The notes: generated by a model from the letters alone, not told the origin. Numbered from the stretch's first letter, positions 54,887 through 63,608 are shown. The stretch: 64,000 nt of DNA from Bacteroidales bacterium (GCA_016283175.1 JAEEMK010000075.1:4724-68723), one strand, 5' to 3'. Program-made: numbers and translations.

Positions 54887-55456
54887 ATGATGAAAAAAGA
54901 GGTGCATTCCGTTGTTGCTGCTCTTGAACGGGGCGACACTATGCTTTATCCGACCGATACAATCTGGGGCATCGGGTGCGATGCCACCAATGCCGCGGCT
55001 GTTGAGAAGATCTATGTCATAAAGGAGCGCGACCATAGCAAGAGTATGCTTATACTGTGTCGCGACCTTGAGATGGTGGAGCGTTATGTCGGGCCGGTCG
55101 ACGAAAGCGTGTTGGACCTGCTCTGTGCTTCGGAGCGTCCGACGACGGTGATTATGCCTGTCAGACACAAATTGCTTGCTGCCAACCTGGTTGCCGCCGA
55201 TGGCACCGTTGGAGTGCGTATACCACATATGGATTTTTGCCAGAGAGTACTGGATCTATTCGGCAGACCTGTTGTCAGCACATCGGCAAATCTCTCGGGG
55301 CACCCGTCACCGGCAACATATGCAGATATTGATGCTGAACTAATGTCCAGGGTCGACTATTGCGTTCAACCAGAGTATGAACAAAAAACCGTCGGACAGT
55401 CGTCACGTATTGTGAAGGTGCTGTCCGACGGCAGTGTCTTCGTCATCAGGGATTGA
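54887..55456 (+). CDS. tsaC: L-threonylcarbamoyladenylate synthase (YrdC/TsaC domain)
   Basis: LYPTDTIWGIGCDATN and VSTSANLSGHP are YrdC-domain motifs. Confidence 0.85.
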   Translation: MMKKEVHSVVAALERGDTMLYPTDTIWGIGCDATNAAAVEKIYVIKERDHSKSMLILCRDLEMVERYVGPVDESVLDLLCASERPTTVIMPVRHKLLAANLVAADGTVGVRIPHMDFCQRVLDLFGRPVVSTSANLSGHPSPATYADIDAELMSRVDYCVQPEYEQKTVGQSSRIVKVLSDGSVFVIRD

Positions 55457-55474
55457 ATCCCTTCCGATGCCTTT

Positions 55475-57175
55475 TTACTTGAGTCTTAAAGGCGCTTCGT
55501 TGACTTTGGCTTCTTTTATTTGTGAGCTTTGACGGTCGAGTTTTTTAATGCCTAAGACTTTGAGACCCTGCTCGTAGCGAATGTCGATGGGTATGTTGGC
55601 TTTTTCGATGGCTTTCAAGTCTTTTGCAAGGTCGGGACGGACTTTACCGTTTTTCTCGGCATAGCTCTTTGCGACATTGTAGTCACCATCGCCTTCGGTC
55701 TTTAAGACCAGAGCAGCCCATTCTTCAAGAGCTTTGCGCATTTTTGCGACATTGACGACGTATTTGCCTTCTTTGTTGCGAGTGAAAGCACCCTTGTCCT
55801 GCATATAGTTGAAGCACATCATATTTGCGATTCCGTGAGCCTCGGTGGCACCAAAGCGGACGCTGCGCAGCAGTCCGGCGATATAAGTTACATAAGCATC
55901 CTCGATGGTGATATTTTTGATTTCACCTCTTTCAATGAGTGACTGAACGATGTACAGTCCGCAGATGTCTGCCTTGGCCTCTTCCCAGGCGCTGTACTGG
56001 TTCTGAAGTGCTTGGCGCACGTTACCTTTTCCTGTGATGGTGTTCTTGATGCCAAGGCCGTGGGCTACTTCGTGATAGCACACATTGCTGAAGAATGCGT
56101 CGAATTTGACGTTTTTGAGCTGTTCTTTGCTGATCATAAGGTTCGCAATGGGCATCATTATCTTTTCGAACTTGGCCTGCATAGCGTTCTTAAGCTGTAG
56201 TCTGCGGGTTCCTTTCTCAAGATGGACGCGTTCGTCATTTGGCAGGTTGATGGCGATGGTTTTGCTGCCGGCATTGCAGTCGCCTGCATAGTAGATGACA
56301 TCATATACGTTGAGATCGCTTTCTGTACCGGGAACTTCTTGTTTGTATTTGGGGTCGCAGGGAAGGTTCTTCTGCAGTTCGGGCAGCATTTGAGTGAATC
56401 GAGCCAAGTCATTGCTCCACTGTTCGTCCTTGATAAGTACAAAGGCTTCGTATGCGGTTTTGTATCCGAAAAGGGCGTCTTCATAGTTCTCTATTGGACC
56501 GAACACAAAGTCCAAACGGCTCTTCTTCATATCCATCCATACCATATCGCTCTCGAAATAGTCGTCGGTGAGTAAGGCTTTGCGACGCACTTCAAGGTAT
56601 TGTTTCAAACCTTCGTCCTCGGCCAGGTTTATAGCTTTTTCAAGCAGGGCGTCAACGCGTTTCAGCTGACGGGCATAGGCTTTGTGATAGGGTATAACCT
56701 CCAAATCGCCCTTGATGTTGCGGCGAAGGATGGTGTACTGGCTGGTTTTCATCGGGTCTTTGAGTTTTTCAAATTCCTCCTTGGTCATATCGGCAGGATA
56801 GAAGTTGGCTCCGGCAGGTTTGGGACCGTAGCCGGGCAGGAAAGGCTTCTCGGCATCCAGACGATCCCACGCACCGTAGTGTATTTCTGCATATTCGCGC
56901 AGATAGGGGTCTTGGATGTCTTTAAGTTTTTTGCGATTGGCAGTGCCAAAGGACTGTTCCCAGAAGATTTCGTCCATTGCGTCGGCTATTTCGATGAAAA
57001 TGCCTACCAGTTCAGCCTCCTTTGTGTCAAGTTGGCTGATGTCGTACTTGAGCGTGAACGGTGCGTATTGTTCAACTTTTTTCTTCATTTCCTGATTGAC
57101 TTTTTGGGCTTGTATAGCGCTGCCCCCTGTTGTCAGAAGGGCGAAAGCCATAATTGTTAAAAGATGCTTTTTCAT
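55475..57175 (-). CDS. Secreted zinc metallopeptidase, atypical DPP III (M49)-like
   Basis: 566 aa. Signal peptide. CYHEVAHGLG (HExxH) and downstream EEAKADICGLY resemble the shortened HExxH / EExxAD motif pair of atypical M49 members. Confidence 0.6.
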   Translation of the reverse strand: MKKHLLTIMAFALLTTGGSAIQAQKVNQEMKKKVEQYAPFTLKYDISQLDTKEAELVGIFIEIADAMDEIFWEQSFGTANRKKLKDIQDPYLREYAEIHYGAWDRLDAEKPFLPGYGPKPAGANFYPADMTKEEFEKLKDPMKTSQYTILRRNIKGDLEVIPYHKAYARQLKRVDALLEKAINLAEDEGLKQYLEVRRKALLTDDYFESDMVWMDMKKSRLDFVFGPIENYEDALFGYKTAYEAFVLIKDEQWSNDLARFTQMLPELQKNLPCDPKYKQEVPGTESDLNVYDVIYYAGDCNAGSKTIAINLPNDERVHLEKGTRRLQLKNAMQAKFEKIMMPIANLMISKEQLKNVKFDAFFSNVCYHEVAHGLGIKNTITGKGNVRQALQNQYSAWEEAKADICGLYIVQSLIERGEIKNITIEDAYVTYIAGLLRSVRFGATEAHGIANMMCFNYMQDKGAFTRNKEGKYVVNVAKMRKALEEWAALVLKTEGDGDYNVAKSYAEKNGKVRPDLAKDLKAIEKANIPIDIRYEQGLKVLGIKKLDRQSSQIKEAKVNEAPLRLK

Positions 57176-57216
57176 TTATTGTCAAGTTTTAATTTTTTTT
57201 AAAGGGTGTGTTTTTG

Positions 57217-57957
57217 TTATAGTTTGTCGTTTAGGAAGGTGTGGCTCTTCATTATTTTTTGCACACTTTTATTGTTTGCTGTCTCTTTCAGCGCATTGGC
57301 ATATCGCATATTGTGTGTGTCGGTGCCAAGGTACTCCACCATCCCTGATTCAATATATTCAAAGCCTTTCCTTTGCGCCGATTCACCATAGAATCCGTTG
57401 AGCGATAGGACATTGATTTGGAATTTAATGCCTATTTCCTTCATTTTGACAATCTCGTCCGAGTGTATGCCGAGGTAAGGGTAGCGCTCTGGATGCGCGA
57501 GGATTAGGGTGTAGCCGAGTTTGATGTATTCTGAAAATATGTCAATTGGCATATAGTCATTGTAGTGCAGCGAAAATTCGCATAGCAGTTTCTTGCCAGG
57601 CAGCGGCAGCACATTGTCAATGCCGGGGCGACGTGCAAATCTGGGGTCGAAACGGTATTCGCCGCTTACGGCTACGACTTCAGGCAATGCATTGTCGTTT
57701 AATGATGTAATCTGTTTCTTTAAAGCGTCAAAGCGTTTTTGGATATCTTCTTCAACATTGGGATAGTTGGCCTGAAAGTGCGGAGTGAGGAACACCTTTT
57801 GGAAGCCCACCGACGCCAGTGCCTTGAGGCATTCAATGGTTTCTTGCATATTGCTTGAACCATCGTCGACGCCTGGCAGCAAATGGCAGTGCATATCCGT
57901 TACTAGAGGGGCAAAGGTTCTGCTTTGTTTTTTGTTGGTCAGAAAATCGAATATCAT
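57217..57957 (-). CDS. PHP-domain tyrosine-protein phosphatase (CpsB/CapC type)
   Basis: Trimmed to MIFDFLTNKK.... DMHCHLLPGVDDGS and AHPERY are typical of CpsB. A TATCTTTG box lies at 58031..58038. Confidence 0.8.
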   Translation of the reverse strand: MIFDFLTNKKQSRTFAPLVTDMHCHLLPGVDDGSSNMQETIECLKALASVGFQKVFLTPHFQANYPNVEEDIQKRFDALKKQITSLNDNALPEVVAVSGEYRFDPRFARRPGIDNVLPLPGKKLLCEFSLHYNDYMPIDIFSEYIKLGYTLILAHPERYPYLGIHSDEIVKMKEIGIKFQINVLSLNGFYGESAQRKGFEYIESGMVEYLGTDTHNMRYANALKETANNKSVQKIMKSHTFLNDKL

Positions 57958-58094
57958 ATTATTTTGTAGTAATGGTAAATAGTTGATGGTTAGTTGATTG
58001 TGGTAAACGGTGGGATGCGTAATATATTTGCAAAGATACAAGTTTTATTTAATTGGAAAAAGAAAACGGTAAAAAAGATATAGGGTAAAATAAA

Positions 58095-58120
58095 AGAGGA
58101 TGCCGTGAATGGCATCCTCT
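58095..58120 (-). terminator. Rho-independent terminator of pnp
   Basis: On the minus strand the sequence is AGAGGATGCC attcac GGCATCCTCT followed by TTTTATTTT. Confidence 0.7.
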
Positions 58121-58145
58121 TTATGTAACAGCCTGTATGGCAGTG

Positions 58146-60404
58146 TTATCTTCTGTGGCCACCGTTGCCGCCTTCGCGACGGGGACCTCTGTCACCGCCC
58201 TCGCGACGCGGGCCGCGGTTGCGTTCGCCGCCACCGTTGCCGCCTTCGCGGCGCGGACCACGGTTAGGCTTCTCCTCCTCATAGCCTTCGGGCTTGGGAA
58301 GCAGAGCCTTGCGACTCAGTTTCAACTTGCCGGTCTTTTCATCGATGGCGATGATTTTCACCTGGATGGTGTCGCCCTCGTGGATGAGGTTCTCAAGGGT
58401 GTCGGTGCGTTTCCAGTCATATTCGCTGATGTGCATCAAGCCCTCTTTGCCAGGCAGGAATTCCAGGAAAGCGCCAAACTCGACAATCGATACAACTTTG
58501 GCATCGTAAATCTGACCGACTTCGGGAACGGTGCAGATTTCCTTGATCCACTTGACGGCAGCCTCGATGCCTTCTTTGTCCTGCGATGCAACGTCGACAA
58601 TACCCAGGTCGCCTTTCTCTTCGATATTGATGATGGTGTTGGTCTCGGCCTGGATTTTCTGGATGACTTCGCCACCCTTGCCGATAACGGCACCGATGAA
58701 GTCTTTGGGGATATGAATCTGCACGATGCGCGGTACGAAGGGTTTGTAGTCTTCGCGCGGTTCGGCTATTGTTTCCTGAATGTGGTTGAGGATGTGCAGA
58801 CGGCCTTGGCGTGCCTGCTCAAGAGCCTTGGCAAGAACGTCGTAGCTGAGGCCGTCGACCTTGATGTCCATCTGGCAGGCGGTGATACCGTCGCGGGTAC
58901 CACAGACCTTGAAGTCCATATCGCCCAGGTGATCCTCGTCGCCGAGTATGTCGCTCAGCACGGCCCATTTGTCGCCTTTCGAGATGAGACCCATAGCTAT
59001 GCCTGCCACAGGCTTGCGAATCTTCACACCGGCATCCATCAGTGCCAGGCAGCCGGCGCATACGGTGGCCATACTCGACGAACCGTTGCTCTCAAGGATG
59101 TCGCTGACAACGCGGATGGTGTAGGGGCAGTCCTCTTCGGTGGGCAGCACCTCTTTCAGTGCGCGCCAGGCCAGATGACCGTGGCCTACCTCGCGGCGGC
59201 TGAGACCGCGGTTGCCTTTAACCTCGCCGGTAGCAAAGCCGGGGAAGTTGTAGTGCAGCAGGAAGCGGCGGGTGCCTTCGATGACAGCACCGTCGATGAT
59301 CTGCTCGTCCAGTTTGGTGCCGAGTGTGACAGTCGAAAGCGACTGGGTCTCGCCACGGGTGAAGATGGCGCTGCCGTGTGCCGAGGGCAGATAGCTGACC
59401 TCGCTCCACAGCGGACGTATCTCGTCCAGTTGGCGGCCGTCCAGACGGGTGCGCTCGTTCAGCACCATATCGCGCATAGCTTCGCGCTCGGTGTCGTGAT
59501 AGTAGCGGTCGATCATAAACTTCACCTCGTCGGTCAAAGTTTCCTCTGTATAGTTGGCATCGATGAATTCCTGTTTGATGGCCTCGAAACCTTCCTCGCG
59601 CATATGTTTGTTGGCGATGCCCTGTTTCGAGAAGTCGTAGCATTTCTGGTATACTGCATCGTGCAGGCGCTGGCGCAGCTCTTCGTCGTTGACCTCGTGG
59701 CAGTACTCGCGTTTCTCGCTCTTGCCGGCCTCGACGGTCAGTTCGGCTATGACGCGGCACTGTGTCTTGATGGCTTCGTGTGCGGCCTTGAGGGCGCCGA
59801 GCATAATCTCTTCGCTCACTTCCTTCATTTCGCCTTCTACCATCATAATGTTCTCTTCCGTGGCGGCGACAATGAGGTCAAGGTCGGCGCGCTCTATGTC
59901 CTGCATCGGAGTGTTGATTACATACTGTCCGTCAAGGTAGCTCACGCGCACCTCGCTGACAGGACCGTTGAAGGGTATGTCGCTGACGGCCAGAGCCGAA
60001 GCGGCTGCCAAGGCTGCCAGTTGGTCGGGCATCGTGTTTTTGTCGCCACTGATAAGGGTTATCTGCACCTGCACCTCGGCGTGGAAATTGTCGGGGAACA
60101 GTGGGCGCAGTGCGCGGTCCACCAGGCGGGCAATCAGAATCTCGTGCTCGCTGGGACGTGCCTCGCGTTTGAAGAAACCGCCGGGGAATCGACCCATAGC
60201 GGCGTACTTTTCCTGATAGTCAACGGTGAGGGGCATAAAGTCCACAAACTCACCAACTTCTTTTTTTGCACATACCGTGGCCAGAAGCATTGTGTCGTTC
60301 ATACGCACCACGGCGCTACCGTCGGCTTGCTTGGCAAGCTTGCCGGTCTCGATTTCGATCATACGGCCGTCGCCGAGATCGAATTTCTTGTTGATAATGT
60401 TCAT
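58146..60404 (-). CDS. pnp: Polyribonucleotide nucleotidyltransferase (PNPase) with Arg/Gly-rich C-terminal tail
   Basis: 752 aa. Two RNase PH domains, then KH ([11 protein letters not shown]) and S1 ([20 protein letters not shown]). The tail is [39 protein letters not shown]. Confidence 0.97.
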   Translation of the reverse strand: MNIINKKFDLGDGRMIEIETGKLAKQADGSAVVRMNDTMLLATVCAKKEVGEFVDFMPLTVDYQEKYAAMGRFPGGFFKREARPSEHEILIARLVDRALRPLFPDNFHAEVQVQITLISGDKNTMPDQLAALAAASALAVSDIPFNGPVSEVRVSYLDGQYVINTPMQDIERADLDLIVAATEENIMMVEGEMKEVSEEIMLGALKAAHEAIKTQCRVIAELTVEAGKSEKREYCHEVNDEELRQRLHDAVYQKCYDFSKQGIANKHMREEGFEAIKQEFIDANYTEETLTDEVKFMIDRYYHDTEREAMRDMVLNERTRLDGRQLDEIRPLWSEVSYLPSAHGSAIFTRGETQSLSTVTLGTKLDEQIIDGAVIEGTRRFLLHYNFPGFATGEVKGNRGLSRREVGHGHLAWRALKEVLPTEEDCPYTIRVVSDILESNGSSSMATVCAGCLALMDAGVKIRKPVAGIAMGLISKGDKWAVLSDILGDEDHLGDMDFKVCGTRDGITACQMDIKVDGLSYDVLAKALEQARQGRLHILNHIQETIAEPREDYKPFVPRIVQIHIPKDFIGAVIGKGGEVIQKIQAETNTIINIEEKGDLGIVDVASQDKEGIEAAVKWIKEICTVPEVGQIYDAKVVSIVEFGAFLEFLPGKEGLMHISEYDWKRTDTLENLIHEGDTIQVKIIAIDEKTGKLKLSRKALLPKPEGYEEEKPNRGPRREGGNGGGERNRGPRREGGDRGPRREGGNGGHRR

Positions 60405-60492
60405 TTTTTTACTTTTTTCCTTGTTTTGTCCGACATATCAGTGCGTCGAACGTCACGGCGCACCGTTTGGCTGTGGCCTTTTAATCAAAAAA

Positions 60493-60518
60493 AGTCACCG
60501 AGGAGTACCCCGGTGACT
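60493..60518 (-). terminator. Hairpin plus T-run between rpsO and pnp (terminator/attenuator)
   Basis: On the minus strand the sequence is AGTCACCG gggtactcct CGGTGACT followed by TTTTTTTG. It sits in the classic rpsO-pnp intergenic position. Confidence 0.65.
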
Positions 60519-60548
60519 CAACCATAACCAAATAAATATGAAAAACTA

Positions 60549-60818
60549 TTATTTCCTTAAGTTGAGTTTCTTGATGATGGCGCGGTAGCGTTCGATATCA
60601 TTCTCTTTCAGATAGTCGAGCATACGGCGACGTTTTCCAACCAATCCGACCAATGCTCTCTCCGACACTTGGTCCTTCTTGTTCTTCTTCATCAGCTCGG
60701 TGAGGTGCTGGATGCGATAGGTGAAGAGGGCAATCTGTGCTTCGGCCGAGCCGGTATCTTTGGCACCCTGGCCATATTCTGCAAATATTTCTTGTTTCTT
60801 TTCTTGTGTAAGATACAT
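60549..60818 (-). CDS. rpsO: 30S ribosomal protein S15
   Basis: Trimmed to MYLTQEKKQEIFAEYG...GSAEAQIALFTYRIQHLTELMKKNKKD (89 aa). Confidence 0.95.
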   Translation of the reverse strand: MYLTQEKKQEIFAEYGQGAKDTGSAEAQIALFTYRIQHLTELMKKNKKDQVSERALVGLVGKRRRMLDYLKENDIERYRAIIKKLNLRK

Positions 60819-60851
60819 AATTCTGATTATTTTTTTCTTTGAAAACGGCTG

Positions 60852-60859
60852 CAAAAGTA
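60852..60859 (-). promoter_or_regulatory. -7 promoter box (TACTTTTG) of rpsO
   Basis: Reverse complement of CAAAAGTA, 34 nt upstream of ATG 60818. Confidence 0.5.
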
Positions 60860-61031
60860 CATCAATTTTTTCATTCTGTGACGATTTTTGTCTTACAAAA
60901 TGAATCTTTTTTGTTAAAATGGTGTTTTTTAGTGTAATGAAAATTGTTAATAAATCTTAAATAGTGCATTTTTGCCAAAAAAATGTCTGTTTTTCGTGGG
61001 CAAAAAGAAAAAATACAGCAGTTTTTGAAAG

Positions 61032-61050
61032 TTTTTTTTTTTTTTTTTTT
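61032..61050. repeat. T19 homopolymer (A19 on the tRNA strand)
   Basis: 19 consecutive T residues, ending 2 nt from the 3' end of tRNA-Gly. Confidence 0.95.
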
Positions 61051-61051
61051 G

Positions 61052-61124
61052 AGCGATAGACGGGGTTCGAACCCGCGACCTGCGGCTTGGGAAGCCGCCG
61101 CTCTGCCAACTGAGCTACTATCGC
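61052..61124 (-). tRNA. tRNA-Gly: tRNA-Gly (CCC), CCA not encoded
   Basis: The reverse complement is GCGATAGTAGCTCAGTTGGCAGAGCGGCGGCTTCCCAAGCCGCAGGTCGCGGGTTCGAACCCCGTCTATCGCT. The anticodon loop is TTCCCAA. Confidence 0.9.
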
Positions 61125-61183
61125 GAAAAGCACCTCTAAAACGCTCCGGCCGTCACTTTATTGCATTGAAAGAAAAAATTTTT

Positions 61184-61242
61184 TCTAGAATTCTAGAAGC
61201 TCTAGATTCTCTAGAAACTCTAGAATTTCTAGAAAAATCTAG
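61184..61242. repeat. Dense array of TCTAGA / CTAG palindromes (7 CTAG in 59 bp)
   Basis: The array reads tctagaa ttctagaa gctctaga ttctctagaa actctagaa tttctagaa aaatctag. It lies between the stop of the 558-aa kinase gene and tRNA-Gly. Confidence 0.9.
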
Positions 61243-61247
61243 TTCTT

Positions 61248-62924
61248 CTAATACTCAAAGCTGCTGTCGCCCAGGAATTCGCGCAGGATGCTGGTGGGGG
61301 GGATGTACTTGGTCTGGATGGGTTCGATCATCTCCAGCATACTCAGCAGTCGCACTGCTTCGGCATACTCTTCGGCGCTCTGGGGCACCATCTTGAGCAG
61401 TGGCTCGGCAAAGGGGCGCAGGATGCCCAATTCGTAGAGCAGGGCCGAGTTGAACATTATGTCGGCGTTCTCCTGATAGGGGAATATGTGTTTGTGCTCG
61501 CCGTGGCGCACGCTGGGCCAGCGCTGCAGGGTGGCCAGGGCACTGTAGCCGCGGAAATTATTGTCGCGCACAATGCGGCGTATCAGGCGGTTGTCGTTCG
61601 AGCGGATGATGTTCTGCTTGTCGAGGGCTATCTGGGTCAGTGCCGACACATAGACCTTGAATTTCAGTTCGTCGTCGATGTCTGATGTCAGCTTTGGGTT
61701 GAGGGCGTGAATGCCTTCGACGATGAGTATGCTGTCTTTGTGCAGCCTTATGGTGCGTCCGCTGAAGAACGGTTCGCCTTTCTTGAAGTCGTATGTCGGT
61801 GTCTTCACCTCCTTGCCGTCGAACATCTGCTGCAGCTGCTCGTTGAGCAGCGGGATGTTGAGGGCCTCGATGGCCTCGAAGTCATAGTCGCCGTTGGGTT
61901 GGCGCGGTGTCTGCTCGCGGGGCAGGAAATAGTCGTCGAGCGACAGCTGCTTGACGTCGAAACCCAGCACTGCCAGCTGCACCGCCAGGCGGCGGCACGA
62001 TGTTGTCTTGCCGCTCGACGAAGGTCCGGCCAGCAGCACCATACGCACCTTGTCGCGGCGCTGGTCAATCATATCGGCTATCGATGCGTATTTTTTCTCG
62101 TGCAGTGCCTCGCTGACCTGTATCAGCTCGTTCTCGCGGTGGCTGCGCACAGCTTCGTTGAGGTCGTCGATGGTGGTTATGCCCAGCAGTTTGGCCCAGT
62201 TGTGGTGCTCCTGGAAAATGTTGAACAGCTTGGGCGAGTCCTGATAGATGTCGAGCTTTTCAGGCATCGACGGATCGGGGCACTGCAGCAGAAAGCCGTT
62301 GGCAAACGAACGCAGATCCCATTGCGTCAGCACACCCGTCGACGGCACCAGCCGTGTGGCCCATTTGTGGGGCGTGCCGCCCAGGAAATGCATCTCTATG
62401 TACAGCTGCGTCAGTCCTTTCAGCAGCTGCTTGGTGGCCGGTATCGGCTCGTCTTCAATCAGCTTGGCGGCATCGGAAACCAGCATCGACTTGGTCAGGA
62501 ACGGCAGGTCCAGACGCTGCAGCTCGACCATACGGTCGCGCACCGTGCGCACCACCTCCAGCTGCGACGGCAGCGTGTAGCCGTCCTCCGTGGGCTCTAT
62601 CTTGCAGTAGAAACCGTTCACCATCCAGTGTTCAATGTCAAGCACCGCTTTGGGGTAGCAGTCGCGCACCGCCTTGTAGAGCAAGAAACAAAGCGAGGTG
62701 ATGTAAATACGGTAGCCTTGGCGATGGGTGATGTCGATAAAACGTACGCTTTTGGGAGTGAAAAGGCGGTATTGGAGCATCGTTATCTTGTTGTTCACCA
62801 GTGCACAAAGCACAGGGTACTTGCAGTGGTGCTCCACTTTCCCGCACAGTTCGGCCAACGAAAGGCCCTGTTCTACCATACGGCGCTCGCCGGTGTTCTC
62901 GATGATTATTTCTATCTGCTGCAT
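61248..62924 (-). CDS. Uridine-kinase/phosphoribulokinase-family nucleoside kinase with long N-terminal (TGS/ThrRS-like) extension
   Basis: 558 aa. The P-loop LLAGPSSSGKTTS sits in the C-terminal half, with a Udk-like continuation (...IVEGIHALNP...). The N-terminal 280 aa or so begin with a TGS-like beta-grasp pattern. Confidence 0.65.
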   Translation of the reverse strand: MQQIEIIIENTGERRMVEQGLSLAELCGKVEHHCKYPVLCALVNNKITMLQYRLFTPKSVRFIDITHRQGYRIYITSLCFLLYKAVRDCYPKAVLDIEHWMVNGFYCKIEPTEDGYTLPSQLEVVRTVRDRMVELQRLDLPFLTKSMLVSDAAKLIEDEPIPATKQLLKGLTQLYIEMHFLGGTPHKWATRLVPSTGVLTQWDLRSFANGFLLQCPDPSMPEKLDIYQDSPKLFNIFQEHHNWAKLLGITTIDDLNEAVRSHRENELIQVSEALHEKKYASIADMIDQRRDKVRMVLLAGPSSSGKTTSCRRLAVQLAVLGFDVKQLSLDDYFLPREQTPRQPNGDYDFEAIEALNIPLLNEQLQQMFDGKEVKTPTYDFKKGEPFFSGRTIRLHKDSILIVEGIHALNPKLTSDIDDELKFKVYVSALTQIALDKQNIIRSNDNRLIRRIVRDNNFRGYSALATLQRWPSVRHGEHKHIFPYQENADIMFNSALLYELGILRPFAEPLLKMVPQSAEEYAEAVRLLSMLEMIEPIQTKYIPPTSILREFLGDSSFEY

Positions 62925-63019
62925 ATATATGGTTTTCTGATGATTGAATTTTTCTAACGTGCTTTTGCTGTTTTTATTGTGCGCAGGGGCTCAAAAGCAC
63001 AAAAAAAAGCTGGCAGCAT

Positions 63020-63120
63020 AGGCATATGTACAGTATTTGTACAGTATATGTACAGTATTTGTACGCTTCCAAAGCGTACATATACTGTACATATACTGTA
63101 CAAATACTGTACATATGCCT
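63020..63120. repeat. Palindromic TGTACAGTATW-array element, copy 3 (101 nt, one arm mismatch)
   Basis: The sequence is AGGCATA TGTACAGTATT TGTACAGTATA TGTACAGTATT TGTACGCT tccaa AGCGTACA TATACTGTACA TATACTGTACA AATACTGTACA TATGCCT. Confidence 0.9.
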
Positions 63121-63270
63121 GGGAAGGTATATCGAAAAAAGCCTCTTTGCACATAGAGGCAACGTGTGAAACATTGTGACATTCGGAATTATATACCATA
63201 TTGGTTTTCAGTGTTATGGCGTGCCGCACTGCGCCATCCCCTCTCGGAGAGGGGTACGCGAAGCGGGGGG

Positions 63271-63333
63271 TGTGTCGCACTGCGTAGCCTCAACCTGTGT
63301 GGCTGTGTCGCACTGCGTAGCCTCAAACTGTGT
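63271..63333. repeat. 33-bp-period tandem direct repeat (2 copies)
   Basis: TGTGTCGCACTGCGTAGCCTCAACCTGTGT ggc TGTGTCGCACTGCGTAGCCTCAAACTGTGT, which is 29/30 identical. Confidence 0.9.
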
Positions 63334-63608
63334 AGAGTGTTAAATTACCCCTCGAAAAAGAACTTCCAGTGGTCTCTGTCGTTCAAAAAAGTTAAAATAA
63401 CGCAAAAATTTCCATTTTTTTGTCTATTCAAAAAAAAATCGTATATTTGACCTTTGATATTTAAGACTCTTTTTTTTGCTATTTTTAGAACAAAAACTTG
63501 TAGACCATTATTTTAAAGCAAATAATCAAAAATAAATTATTTCAGATTTTCGAAAAAAAGGAACAATTTTATACACACAAATTCATTTATTAACCAAATC
63601 TTTTTATT

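Noticed and set aside
58137-60527. 796-aa ORF on the plus strand
   Set aside because: It lies entirely antisense to pnp, whose product has unmistakable PNPase domains. The translation is low-complexity and Ala/Val/Gly/Leu-rich, which is typical of a shadow frame opposite a GC-rich-third-position gene.
60983-61396. 137-aa ORF (MSVFRGQKEK...FFFFFLSDRRGSNPRPAAWEAAALPTELL...)
   Set aside because: It reads through the T19 tract, the tRNA-Gly gene (antisense) and the CTAG array. The sequence 'RGSNPRP...ALPTEL' is the well-known artefact of translating a tRNA gene.
61707-62957. 416-aa ORF on the plus strand
   Set aside because: It is antisense to the P-loop kinase gene 61248..62924. The composition is repetitive and Leu/Val/Ala/Arg-rich with no motif, so it is a shadow ORF.
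63271-63333. Possible CRISPR array
   Set aside because: There are only two repeat copies, separated by 3 nt, so there are no spacers. There are no cas genes in the window. It is a simple tandem duplication.
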